Assembly: GCA_051453625.1 (NCBI GenBank)
Contig: JBOZIK010000001.1
Span: forward strand, 7,496,873-7,555,509
Direction of reading: 5' to 3'
From: Welwitschia mirabilis
Lineage: Eukaryota
Length of the DNA stretch: 58,637 nt
Positions 39,329 through 52,150 of the stretch are shown here, piece after piece. The position numbers were made by a program, and so were the translations under genes. The notes below the pieces were generated by a model. That model saw nothing but the letters and a program-made list of their open reading frames with translations. It did no database searches and was not told the origin of the DNA. Each line of letters starts with the position of its first letter. Position 1 is the first letter of the stretch.

Positions 39329-41217
39329 AGATATAATTCTTTTATGCAACTAAAAACTGATTAAAGAATATATTACAACTAAAATCAGAGCTTATCTTAA
39401 AGTGGTAAACTACTACTTGAAAATAAAAAGATATTAAATTTTATTAAGAAAAACATTAGGATAAATTCATATAGTAACATACACATGTAAAACAAAATGG
39501 ATTTTAAAAGAAAATATTTCCATAGTAGAAAAACAAAACTAAGGATAAAAGAAGGAGAAAGTTATATTCTCTTTAAAGGAAAGATATATCCACTTCCCCT
39601 TAAATGCATTGAGGATTGATCTTTAACCCTTGCACAAAATAATTGTAATGTTATTAACTAAGAAAAAAGTTAATGAAAATAAATTTATATAAATTTTCTA
39701 TTAAAAGCATGCATAAACATACCCTCAAGTGTAGAAATAATGGTTAAATCTTAGGGAACATCATCTTTCATTTCCTTATAAGAGGAAGGACAGTTAAGTT
39801 TCTTATCCTTCTTTTGAGAGGAGGTAAAATTTTTTAAACTAAGCCTTAATTATTACTCATCTTCATAAAAAATAAAGGATGAAAAACAAGTTAGAAAATA
39901 TAAATTTTAGGCAATAAATGCCTATGTTCAAAGAAATAAGAAATGTATGATTAATGAAATTTGTTGAATCATAAACATTAAATCCTTTAACCTTGAATAT
40001 ACTAGATGAGATGCAATGACATAAAGGATGATAGAGACTTGCATTAATATGGACCTATGATAATATTGCTTATCATTTGAAGAGTACTAGGGCTTATGCA
40101 AGCATAATGAAGATCCAAAAGAACAGCCCACAAAAATACTTTTTCCTATTCCTGTTCCTTTTAAACTAGTTAAGATGGGAAATGGTAGAGGCATAAATGA
40201 TGGTATCCTAATTAAAAACCATACATGTAATCATAAAATAAATTTGATAATGGCATACTTAAATACTTTTCTAATTATCATGGAGAAAATTCCTCTTAAA
40301 AATAAGTTATACATAATTANNNNNNNNNNNNNNNNNNNNNNNNNNNNNNNNNNNNNNNNNNNNNNNNNNNNNNNNNNNNNNNNNNNNNNNNNNNNNNNNN
40401 NNNNNNNNNNNNNNNNNNNGAGGCATAAATGATGGTATCCCAATTAAAAACCATACGTGTAATCATAAAATATGTTGGATAATGGATAAGTAAAGAATTT
40501 TCTAATTATCATGGAGAAAATTCCTATTAAAAATACATTATTCATAAGTAATAAGGCATCAAAAAAGTTCTAAATTGAAGTATCATGCCAGTGGACACCT
40601 ACTTGCTTACTAATAATAAAATTATCATGATAATCATTTAAGAAATCCCTAAAATATTGATTAGATTTAAACCATATTTTTTGAATGATGTTATCCCTTC
40701 TTAGGCTAAACATAAATCAAATATTACCAACTATAGTAAATATGATGTCATGCACAAGATGAGAAATGGTCTCTACTTAAGGATCATAAGAGGTATAAAT
40801 ATAGTCTAGAATGTAAGCCATGATGGAATGACAAAGGCAAAAGAAAGGAAAGTCACATAAATTAATAATATTAGAGGATAATATCAAAGAAAAATCCTAT
40901 TTAGTACTTCAAATTTTAAACGTCCAAATCTATGATTGTAATGTTTGTAAAATTTCAACGAATGCTAAGGAGTAAGTACTAATCCATACATTGAATATAA
41001 AAATGCAAGAATTCTAGAGAAGTTAACTTAAATAGGTTGTAATAAGAAAAAGATATAGATAAATAATAAAAAGTAAGTTAAATAGAAGATATTAAAACAA
41101 AAGAATGGAAAAGATTTAAGAAAAAAAGAAAGAAAGAAAAAAAGTAAAAAAGACATACTTTTCAAACACATGTTGAATTCATGTGAAATGGAGGACCATA
41201 TCATATTTGTGAGAAAA

Positions 41218-41281
41218 AACCTAGGCTTATGATAACTCTCATTAAATTTAACCTAGTCTTATGATAACTCTCATTAAATTT
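41218..41281. repeat. 32-bp tandem duplication (1 mismatch)
   Basis: aacctag(g/t)cttatgataactctcattaaattt occurs twice. Confidence 0.9.
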
Positions 41282-41417
41282 AAACTATCTTCAATTAACT
41301 TAAACAACATTCACTTGATTAAGACCAACTTAACTTCAATACTAAGATTTTTTCAACTTAACTTTAACTATAGTTAATCAAACATAATCCTAGGAAATAG
41401 TGTAATATAATATGGAA

Positions 41418-42412
41418 AATGTTGTAGTAGGATACCTAATGTTACATTTATATCTCTAAGATGCACTTCTATGTTTAACATTAGACTTGGAAGGCCAACA
41501 TTACACTTTCCCTAATATTATATTGTGAGGTTCAATGTCACACTAGAAAACCTACCCTTGCATTTAGATGTTTGACATTGCAAGTTAGATTCTGATATTA
41601 AACTTTATTTGATGTTATACTAGGAATCCTAATGTTCAACTTGGATCTACTAAGTTATACTTTAATTTCTAATGTTATACATGAAAGTTGATGTTGCACG
41701 TTTTCTAACATCACGATATGAGGCTTGATGTTATACTATGAGGCCTGATGTTACACTTTAATGTCAAACATCACACTCTAAATACTAACATTACATTGGC
41801 TCTAATGTCACATTGAGAGCTCAAAATTGCACTTGGGAGGCTAATACTTCACTTACCTTTATAACAAATTATGAGATTCAATGTTGCACTTTGGTGTCTG
41901 ATGTTATACTTGAATGTTAAATGTTAATGCACTTGTCTTGATGTCACATTACGAGGCTTTACATCATGCTATGAAGCTTGATGTTATACTTTGATGCATA
42001 GAGTTATAGTTGTTAGGGTGACATTATACTACTCCTTATATCACATTAGAATGACCAACATTATACTTCAATGACCAACATCATACTTCGAAAGATGACA
42101 TAACATTATGTTGCCCAATGTCATACTTTAATACACACATCATAATTTATTACTTGATGTAATACATGGAAGGATAATGTCATAATTGTGTGTTTAACAT
42201 TATATATCCTTTCCTAATGCTTTACTTATCTTTAATCTTACATTTTCTTAATGTCATAGTTATTATTAATCTTTCACTTACTTAGTGTCATACTTGTTTC
42301 TAATGTTGCAATTTGTGCATGACATTTACCTTTGAAATCTACCATTATACTTGGATATTTAAAGTTACACTTGAATATCCACCATTACATTTAAATTTTA
42401 GACATTAAACTA
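41418..42412. repeat. Degenerate tandem array of about 52 units, 20-bp period, with a conserved ~12-nt core YRAYRTYRCACT and variable spacers
   Basis: Core starts read at 41437, 41457, 41476, 41496, 41513, 41533, 41553, 41573, 41593, 41610, 41630 ... 42360, 42380, 42400. Examples: tgatgttatact, caacattacact, taatgtcacatt, caatgttgcact. Confidence 0.9.
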
Positions 42413-42699
42413 AGATCCTTGAGTTAATCTGAGCCCTATGATAGTGGATAACTTAAATAGCTTTATTACTAAAGTTAACTAAGTCATTTGTAGAAATTAT
42501 GATGGTTGTATTAATTATATAATCATTATAAAATATCTCTAACCATCTTAAATGAAGAACTATGTAAGCCACCTTGGAATGTTTCATTTATGACATCATA
42601 AAAGAGTCTTATGAGTTATAAAAAACAAAGTAAATGTTTGCATAAGAAACCTTGAATCCTAGCTAAATAACATCTACTTTTAACATGAAGAGAATATTC

Positions 42700-45600
42700 A
42701 AAAGATAAATAAAATCCATGCATAACTTACTAATAATATTGATGATTTTCTATATCATTAGAATAATAGATTATGGGAGTTATCCATTTAAAGTATACAA
42801 TAAAAAATGGAAGACCATGAGAATTACATGACCAAATTACATTCAACATTAAGTTTAATCTCTTTAGCCTCATATTCTAATCTATAAAGTTTGCAATTGA
42901 GGATCATCAATGTAGAGGATAATCTTCATGCCTTCTTGTCTAGTAATGTTCATGACAACATTTAGGAGGAAAGGAGAGTAGTGAAGTAGTAAAGATGATT
43001 TATTTCCAAGTCTATAAGGGATGATTTAGTACCAGTGAGGAGGTTATGACATGATTATAATAGATAGAAAACTATTTCACCTTGAAGAACATGTTCATTA
43101 AGAGAATATGTCCATATGTAATTATATTTATTTTAAATAAGTTCAAGAGTGATGGCTAAGATGCTAATGAATTATATAGACTTCATCACATGGAATGCAT
43201 TTATGGATGAATTTGAAAAAAAAGTTCATTTATAATGACTTCATTATAGATCAAATTTTTGAGTTTTGGTGTCTCCATCTAGGTAAGAATCTATTCAGTG
43301 ATTATTGATTTAAGTTCAAGAGTATGATAAAGTATCAGAAGAACTTCTCAAAGAAGTATTTAATAAATAGCTCTATAAGATACTACCACTAAATATAAAA
43401 ATCATCTTGTATAATGTAGACAAAGTTAATAGAAGATTCCTACATGACAACAAAGCATTATCTAAAAGCATAAGAGCATACATAGACTAAGCCCCAACTT
43501 TCATAGTAATAAATAGCTTTAAGGAGGTAAAATATAAGTAAAGTTAACCTAAGAAGAACATGTTCTTTTATAAGTGCAAGGGATAAGGACACATCATATG
43601 AAACTACCTTTGTAGTAATCCTTTATAACAACCTCCATGGATTAATAAACCTTAAGAATAGAAGTATTCATAAGCATTTACAAAATAAATGTACATTTTA
43701 ATTTAACTAGATTTATTTCAAACTAATTATCTATAATCTAATTGTGAGGATTTATTTCAGATCTTCATCTAATTTTCTTAATAGATGTTATAGCTTCACG
43801 TAATATCATCTCTTACCTCCTATTTCATAACTTGAAAGATAAATATTTCAAAGAATCAGAATCCACTATAAGAATATTAGTAGATAAACTCATGAAACAA
43901 GATAGTAATAAAGCACTCCTAACCTTTAACATTAATGATATGAAATTTGGAGATGAATTCTATGTCTTCTAGATAGAAAGTAGGATTCCATCTTAAGGAT
44001 GATCTTTTGGATGCATCATAATGTTAAAATTCATACTTGTTAGGGAGAACTTATAGTGTGAACTTTGTTTGAAGAATGAATTCTTAAGAGGAATGGATAA
44101 AGTAAGAAAATATTATTAATGAATCATAAGAAAATTAGTAAAGCCATTATAAAAAAGTAATAATTTTTATTTTAATCAAACTTTCTAATGAGGAAGCTTT
44201 ACATGCACTTCCAAAGAATTTCTATGAGTTTTAAGAATCCATGACCCTATCTTCAAAGTAAAGTTTGAGCATGAAATCAACCTAAATATATGATCCCAAC
44301 TTGTGGTAATAGTTTGATGAAGATTTCTAGAGGTAAAACTTAGAGAATTGAAGTTACAGTGAAATAAATTAAGTTAAATAGGTAAAATAAAACTTTAGTA
44401 TTTCTCTATGAGGTGCTCTAATCCTATTTATAAAGAAAAGCAATTTCACCTTAAGGCTATGCACTAACTATTAATAACTAAATTAGGTGACGACAAAGAA
44501 AAAGTATCCTCCACTAATGATAGATAGTTTATCAGATCAATTATGGAGAGAAGAATACTTTTATAGGATTAACATAAAGTTAAGATACCACTAGATTAGA
44601 ATCAAGAAGTAGTANNNNNNNNNNNNNNNNNNTAAATTTAAGTATAGAAACTATGAAGTTTTAGTAATTTCCTTCATCATAACAAATGCAATTGCAACCT
44701 TTATGAGTCTAATACATAATGCTTTTTTATCCATACTTAGACAAATTTACCATAGTATTTTTGGATAATGTTCAAGTGTACTTTAAAGTCAAGGAAGATC
44801 ATGTAGCTTACTTGAAGAATATTTTGTAATTACTAAAGGAAAATTAACTTAAATATAATTTAAATAATGTAAGTTCTTTAAAGAATTCATGAGCTAGTAA
44901 TGACATATGATCTTTAAGTAAGACATCTTCATATCTTGTGATAAGATAAAAGTAATTAGGAAGTGGTCTACACCAATAAATTTTATGGAAGTCAAGAGAT
45001 TCCTTGACCTTATAATATCCTATTAAAGAGTTTTACTAGGATTATCTAAACTTGTGGCACTTTATAAACCTCAGCAAGTCAACATTTATTTTCAATTTTG
45101 ATATCTAGTATAACAAGACAAGTCACTAATTAATTTAGCATCCATTTTGAAAATTTTGAAGTTGGACAAACCATTTACATTAATAATGAATCCTTTGACT
45201 CAGCGAGTAGATGCTTTTCCAAGTCAAGATGGATAAGTCATAGCTTATAAATCTAGTAATCTTAATACACATGAGAGGGATTATCCTGTTCATGATTTAG
45301 AGAATCTTATAGTGGTTCATGCACTAGAATCATGGTGGATTATCTCTTAGAAGGAAAATCATTATTGAAGAGAGATTCTAAAATCATAAAGTACTTTTAA
45401 AAGAGTATCCTACTCAATATGAGATAAATAAGATGGGAATAATTCTTAGTAAAATACAACTTTAATCTCTAGTATACATCAAGAAAGGATAATAAAATTG
45501 AAGTTACACTTAGGAAAATGTGGTACATGTTAAAGAACACTATTACATTTAATATTGCTAATTATCTAATAAAATCAACCCTTAGGAACTTACACTTTGG

Positions 45601-45740
45601 AAATATATTTTAATAAGTGTAAGTAGAAAATAAGTTAAAATTTTTTTCTTATCTAATATGAATTCTTGATGAATAAATAAAACTATGCATATTTAAAAAA
45701 TGATAAATAAAATTAATGTTAGAAATACATGAACTACTCT
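42700..45740 (+). pseudogene. pol: Tekay-like Ty3/gypsy gag-PR-RT-RNase H pseudogene, cut by a SIRE LTR at 45741
   Basis: ITWNAFMDEFEKK (gag); YKCKG*GHII (zinc knuckle); LIDVIASRNIIS (PR); LRLCTNY**LN*VTTKKKYPPLMIDSLSDQL and YLDKFTIVFLDNVQVY (RT); HERDYPVHDLENLIVVHALESW and LNMR*IRWE (RH). Confidence 0.85.
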
Positions 45741-48431
45741 TGAGGATCATTGAAATCAAAGGGGAGGGATGAATGAGTTCCATCAAATAATAGAATGAAA
45801 ATGCACAATAAAAATACCTTATCAAGATAACAGGGTTTTCCAACCTGGGAACATTCACACATAGGGGATATATTTTACTTACGCCAATTAATCTAGACCT
45901 ATAAGAAAGTAGTAGTTTTTTGATGCACCACCAACCTTACAATGAATGAGAGTCTCCTTGAAAGGTAGCACTTTCTCCCTCACAAGGGAATAGTGATTTT
46001 CATAGGTGTATCACGAACCTTACAATAGTAATAGTTTTCATGCAAGACAGCACTTTCTTCACTACAAGGAAATAATGGTTTTCTAGCTCACAAAATAACC
46101 TTACAACAAGTAAGTACTCATATGAATTATCTCAAATACACACTTGTACAAGGATTGCCTTACAAAATGTTTGATATTCAATAATGGACTTACAATAATT
46201 TTAAATAATAAGATAATTCACAATCTATAACCAAAAATATAATAAAACAATAAGCCTAAATATATAGCTTTGATGAAGATTTGAGATTCTTAATGTTATT
46301 TTTATCATCACAAGTGTTAATAAATATTGCAATAACGAAGATCGAAGAGCAAATGATGAAAGTAATACAAGCTCCTTTCTAAATGATGGTTTTGATTCTT
46401 CATGAGAAGTTCCTTTCTTCCATGCATTCATTCTTCTTAATCTAATTATTTTGTACTAAGATTGAAAAGCTAGGTATTCATTGAGGTTCCAAAAGTTATG
46501 AAATTACTCATGATATTGAGGCTTTATACAGTCAAATAAGATCTAGCCATTTGAGCTCAAAAGGTAGTCATTTAACTTTGTAACCACTATCAATGGATAG
46601 GAAACACCTAGGAGTTGGATCCATGACTTTAGTTTTTATCAATAGGAACTTTAGTCTGAGATGTCTTCACTTTTGTAGACATCCACTAATAGTTAGATGT
46701 CTTCACATTGTAGATGTTTTTAATCAACTTGTCTAGATTTTGATGAAAATTTATTTATATTATTCTTGGCTTTCCTTAATGATGAATCCATGATCTACGA
46801 GTTCATGGATTACCTCAAATGTAAGATATTAGTTAAAAATCAAAATAAATCTATTACCTATTTTAATTTAATATAAACATCTTTAANNNNNNNNNNNNNN
46901 NNNNNNNNNNNNNNNNNNNNNNNNNNNNNNNNNNNNNNNNNNNNNNNNNNNNNNNNNNNNNNNNNNNNNNNNNNNNNNNNNNNNNNATGAGTTCCATCAA
47001 ACAATAGAATGAAAATGCATAATAAAAATACCTTATCAAGATAACATGGTTTTCCAACCTAGGAACATTCATACATAGAGGATAGATTTTACTTACACCT
47101 CTTAATATTCTAAACCTATAAGAAAGTAGTGATTTTCTGATGCACCATTAACCTTACAATGAATGAGAGTCTCCTTGCAAGGCAGTACTTTCTCCCTCAT
47201 AAGGGAATAGTGGTTTTCATAGATGTGTCACAAACCTTACAATAGTAATAGTTTTCATGCAAGATAGCACTCTCTTCACTGCAAGGAAATAATGGTTTTC
47301 TGGCTCACAAAATAACCTTATAACAAGTAAGTACTCATAGGCACTATCTCAAATACACACTGGTACAAGGATTGCCTTACAAAATGTTTGATATTTACTA
47401 ATGGACTTACAATAATTTTAAACAATAAGATAATTCACAATTTATAACCAAAAATATAATAAAACAATAAGCCTAAAGATATTGCTTTGATAAAGATTTA
47501 AGATTCTTAATGTTCTTTTTATCATCACAAGTGTTAATAAAGATTACAATAATAAAGGTCGAAGAGAAAATGATGAAAGTAATACAAGATCCTTTCTAAA
47601 TGCTGGCTTTGATTCTTCATGAGAAGCTCCTTTCATCCATGCATTTATTTTTCTTAATCTAATTATTTTGTACTAAGATTAAAAAGCTAAGTATTCATTG
47701 AGGTTCCGAAAGTTATGAAATTACTCATGATATTGAGGCTCTATACAGTCAAATAAGACATAGACATTTGATCTCAAAAGGTAGTCATTTAACTTTGAAA
47801 CCACTATCAATGGATAGGAAACATCTAGGAGCTGGATCCATGACTTTAGTTTTTATCAACAGGAACTTTAGTCTGATATGTCTTCACTTTTGTAGACATC
47901 CACTAATAGTTAGATGTCTTCACCTTGTAGATGTCTTTAATCAACTTGTCTAGATTTTGATAAAAATTTATTTATATTATTCTTGGCTTTCCTTGATGAT
48001 GAATCCATGATGTACGAGTTCATGGCTTACCTAAAANNNNNNNNNNNNNNNNNNNNNNNNNNNNNNNNNNNNNNNNNNNNNNNNNNNNNNNNNNNNNNNN
48101 NNNNNNNNNNNNNNNNNNNNNNNNNNNNNNNNNNNNNNNNNNNNNNNNNNNNNNNNNNNNNNNNNNNNNNNNNNNNNNNNNNNNNNNNNNNNNNNNNNNN
48201 NNNNNNNNNNNNNNNNNNNNNNNNNNNNNNNNNNNNNNNNNNNNNNNNNNNNNCCAAATATCTTCAAAAACTTAACTTTGTATTTTACTAGCTAATCCTT
48301 TTTATGAGATTGTATCTTTAAAGATCCATCATTGTTTGATGAGTATCAAGGTCTTTTCTTTATATTAACTTTTCTACATAACAATATAAAATATTTGATA
48401 AGTGGAATTATTAAAACCAGATTTACTAACA
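45741..48431 (-). repeat. SIRE 3' LTR (45773-46820 duplicated as 46987-48037; right end tentative)
   Basis: Starts tgaggatcattgaaatcaaagggg, matching 55329 tgataatcattaaacgtagagggg. The candidate end ctaaca is followed by a decayed PPT complement (gtcttcattttttatgatg). Confidence 0.7.
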
Positions 48432-51249
48432 ACGTCTTCATTTTTTATGATGTTTAAAACTTGGGAAATTTTATTAGTGCAATCTCATTCAATCAATTTA
48501 AAAATAGACATTTATATTCTACAGAAATGCACATAATCAATATTTGTAGTGATATTGAAAAATCATAATATTAATCACTTGAAATGAGATGAAAGCACAT
48601 AGATATATAGAACTAACAAATAGATTAAGAGATGTTAAAGAACCATTTGTGTAAACAACTAAAGGCATAAAAATAATTGATAAATCATGGTATTTATCAT
48701 TTAAATAAACATGAATAATGTAAAGCACAAAAATATTTGAGATTTCCTCAAATAATATATTCTAATTATAACATGTTAAAATATCAGAGGACATAAATGA
48801 AATTTAAGNNNNNNNNNNNNNNNNNNNNNNNNNNNNNNNNNNNNNNNNNNNNNNNNNNNNNNNNNNNNNNNNNNNNNNNNNNNNNNNNNNNNNNNNNNNN
48901 NNNNNNNNNNNNNNNNNNNNNNNNNNNNNNNNNNNNNNNNNNNNNNNNNNNNNNNNNNNNNNNNNNNNNNNNNNNNNNNNNNNNNNNNNNNNNNNNNNNN
49001 NNNNNNNNNNNNNNNNNNNNNNNNNNNNNNNNNNNNNNNNNNNNNNNNNNNNNNNNNNNNNNNNNNNNNNNNNNNNNNNNNNNNNNNNNNNNNNNNNNNN
49101 NNNNNNNNNNNNNNNNNNNNNNNNNNNNNNNNNNNNNNNNNNNNNNNNNNNNNNNNNTCATTTAAATAAACATGAATAATGTAAAGCACAAAAATATTTG
49201 AGATTTCATCAAATAAGATATTCTAATTATAACAGGTTAAAATATCAGAGGACATAACTGAAATTTAAGTATCAATAATATATCATATAACAAAGTTCTC
49301 ATGAAAATAGAAACTAATAAATCATAAGAGAATAATATTATAGAAAATGTACTAATAACATATGACATCAAGATCTTAAAAGAATTTTAATCAATAATNN
49401 NNNNNNNNNNNNNNNNNNNNNNNNNNNNNNNNNNNNNNNNNNNNNNNNNNNNNNNNNNNNNNNNNNNNNNNNNNNNNNNNNNNNNNNNNNNNNNNNNNGT
49501 ACTAATAACATATGACATCAAGATCTTAAAAGCATTTTAATAAATAATGATTAGAGTATAGCATGTTTAAAAGTGTATCAACAAAAGCATATCACTAAGA
49601 CAAAAAAGTGTATCAATCATTAAAACATGTGCTAACACTAAATAATGATAGAAAATGTTAGATAATAATAATGTATGACAAAAGAAACAAGAGGGGTCAT
49701 TAATAATAATGATGATACTCATGGATCCAATCCAATATCTTATAATCAATAACTTTAGAATGNNNNNNNNNNNNNNNNNNNNNNNNNNNNNNNNNNNNNN
49801 NNNNNNNNNNNNNNNNNNNNNNNNNNNNNNNNNNNNNNNNNNNNNNNNNNNNNNNNNNNNNNAAGCATATCACTAAGACAAAAAAGTGTGTCAATCATTA
49901 AAACATGTGCTAATACTCGATAATGATAGAAAATGTTAGATAATAATAATGTATGCTAAAAGAAATAAGAGGGATCATTAATAATAATGATGACACTCAT
50001 GGATCTAATCCAATATCTTATAATCAAGAACTTTAATAGAATGCCACAATTATGCCACTGATTTTATAATATGTTTTTCCCATTTTTGATAGCACAAAAT
50101 GCTCTATCCACTAAGAGATGAGTCACTCATGTAATGCATNNNNNNNNNNNNNNNNNNNNNNNNNNNNNNNNNNNNNNNNNNNNNNNNNNNNNNNNNNNNN
50201 NNNNNNNNNNNNNNNNNNNNNNNNNNNNNNNNNNNNNNNNNNNNNNNNNNNNNNNNCTCTTATGGACTTATCTTCTCATATGTTGGTATGTTTAAGAGTA
50301 ATAAATGTCTTAAAGAAACTAATAATAGTGGTCTCTATAGAGAATGGTGGTAATTATATGATGGAAAAGGGTAATACCTGAATAGGTTTTATATGGAATG
50401 GTGGTGGTAATGGTAACCCATCGGAGGTAGAGAAGGTGGAGCTAGAGGTGATTAAAATATGGAACATGGTAATGGTGGTTGTATAGGATGGTGAATAGGG
50501 ATCTTACAATGTGGACAATGGAAGATAAGAGTCAATGCATCTAAGCCTCTCAGACTCTACTCCCACTGTGTCTACCTCTACTGTGAAGGATCTAAAGCCT
50601 ATTACTCCCCTTGCACATATATCTAAGTAGGAGACTCATAATTCTCTTGAGTTTATGCCTGATCTATAGATGACTCCTTTATAGATTCACTATTTGTTAT
50701 CCTTCTTGACTCATATCCTATGTCAAGTAGAGCTAAAGGTCCTACTTTCTCTTCTTTTTCTGACTTCTCCTCTAACTCTGACCATGTGGAAGTATTCATA
50801 GATTCCTCACTTTCTACCAATACCTCACCCTCACTTGCTATAGATATATGTTTTTTGAGCCTTAAAATATCTCTTTCAATTTTACTTATCATTTTTGTAA
50901 TGGCATTNNNNNNNNNNNNNNNNNNNNNNNNNNNNNNNNNNNNNNNNNNNNNNNNNNNNNNNNNNNNNNNNNNNNNNNNNNNNNNNNNNNNNNNNNNNNN
51001 NNNNNNNTATGTTTTTTGACCCTTAAAAGATCTCTTTTAATTTTACTCACCATTTTTGTAATGGCATTTAATCATTTTTTTATTGATAAAGAGCTATAAG
51101 TAGTAGTAGAAAATTATCACTAGTACTGTGATATCCTCCTACTTATTCCCTTAATTAGTGGCATTGGAACTCTATGTTTTTTATTAAACTCTGCTAATGG
51201 TTTCTTTTGGTAGATAAGCCTAACCTATGGTACTGAAATATCTACATTG

Positions 51250-52150
51250 CTAATGATCAAGCTAATAAGATAAATGTGACCAAAATTTTACCCCTTCCAA
51301 AACAATGAGATGACATTCATATAAAGAATAATACCTAAATCTATCTTTAATCTAGTAAGAACATAATATATCATGAAAGTCTACATAGGTTTGTAATAAC
51401 TGTAACTACCTATTCTAACCAAAATTTTATATAATATTATCAAACTAAGAATTGAGGCATTTGGTATCATATCTTTTTTTTAATGTTTTTAATAAAATTA
51501 ATTCTACTATGCCTAAATAAACATTACTCATATTACACCATGATATATGAATATCTCTAGAATGAAATTTTTCCTTAAAAGAATGAGTATAAATCTATGA
51601 AACATCTATGTCATCTATCTTAAGTAAGGAATTNNNNNNNNNNNNNNNNNNNNNNNNNNNNNNNNNNNNNNNNNNNNNNNNNNNNNNNNNNNNNNNNNNN
51701 NNNNNNNNNNNNNNNNNNNNNNNNNNNNNNNNNTTATATAATGTTATCAAACTAAGAATTGAGGAATCTGGTATCATATCTTTTCTTTAAATTTTTCAAC
51801 AAAATTAATTCTGCTATGCCTAAATAAAACATTGCTTATATTACACCATGACATACTAGTATCTCTAGAATGAAATATCTCCTTAAAAGAATAAGTATAA
51901 ATCTATGAAACATGTCATTTGGCTTGAGTAAGGAATTAATAAAAATAGAAATAATGTGTAAAGAGGTACCTCTAACTTGTATTTGAAAGATAACTCTACT
52001 ATCATCAATTTCATCAATGTTGACATAGAATCCTTATATCACTGGATCCAACGTAATCTGGTCTAACTGAATAATTATTTCCCATCCAAGCTAAGCAATG
52101 TAACTTATAAGCTAATCTCTAAACTTATTTTAGAAACCAAGGGCTCTTTC
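51250..52150 (-). pseudogene. Possible Ty3/gypsy protease-region fragment inside the SIRE element
   Basis: FYVNIDEIDDSRVIFQIQVRGT, then FIDL-(frameshift)-THSF resembling DSGxTHSF. Weak. Confidence 0.35.

Noticed and set aside
30133-39333. Target-site duplication of the copia element
   Set aside because: Flanks accta and agata match at only 3 of 5 positions, so a TSD cannot be claimed.
39900-40880. Possible plus-strand copia RT remnant (MPVDT..., MSCTR*E..., RYKYS...)
   Set aside because: Motifs are too short and need several frameshifts, so this is not supportable without a profile search.
41418-42412. CRISPR array interpretation of the repeat-spacer pattern
   Set aside because: Repeats (~12 nt) and spacers (~8 nt) are far too short, the repeats are degenerate, there are no cas genes, and the context is eukaryotic retrotransposon DNA.
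42580-42602. LTR end + PBS for the Tekay-like element (tttca tttatgacatcataaa)
   Set aside because: Only 7 of 12 bases match TGGTATCAGAGC, so it is mentioned only as a hypothesis.
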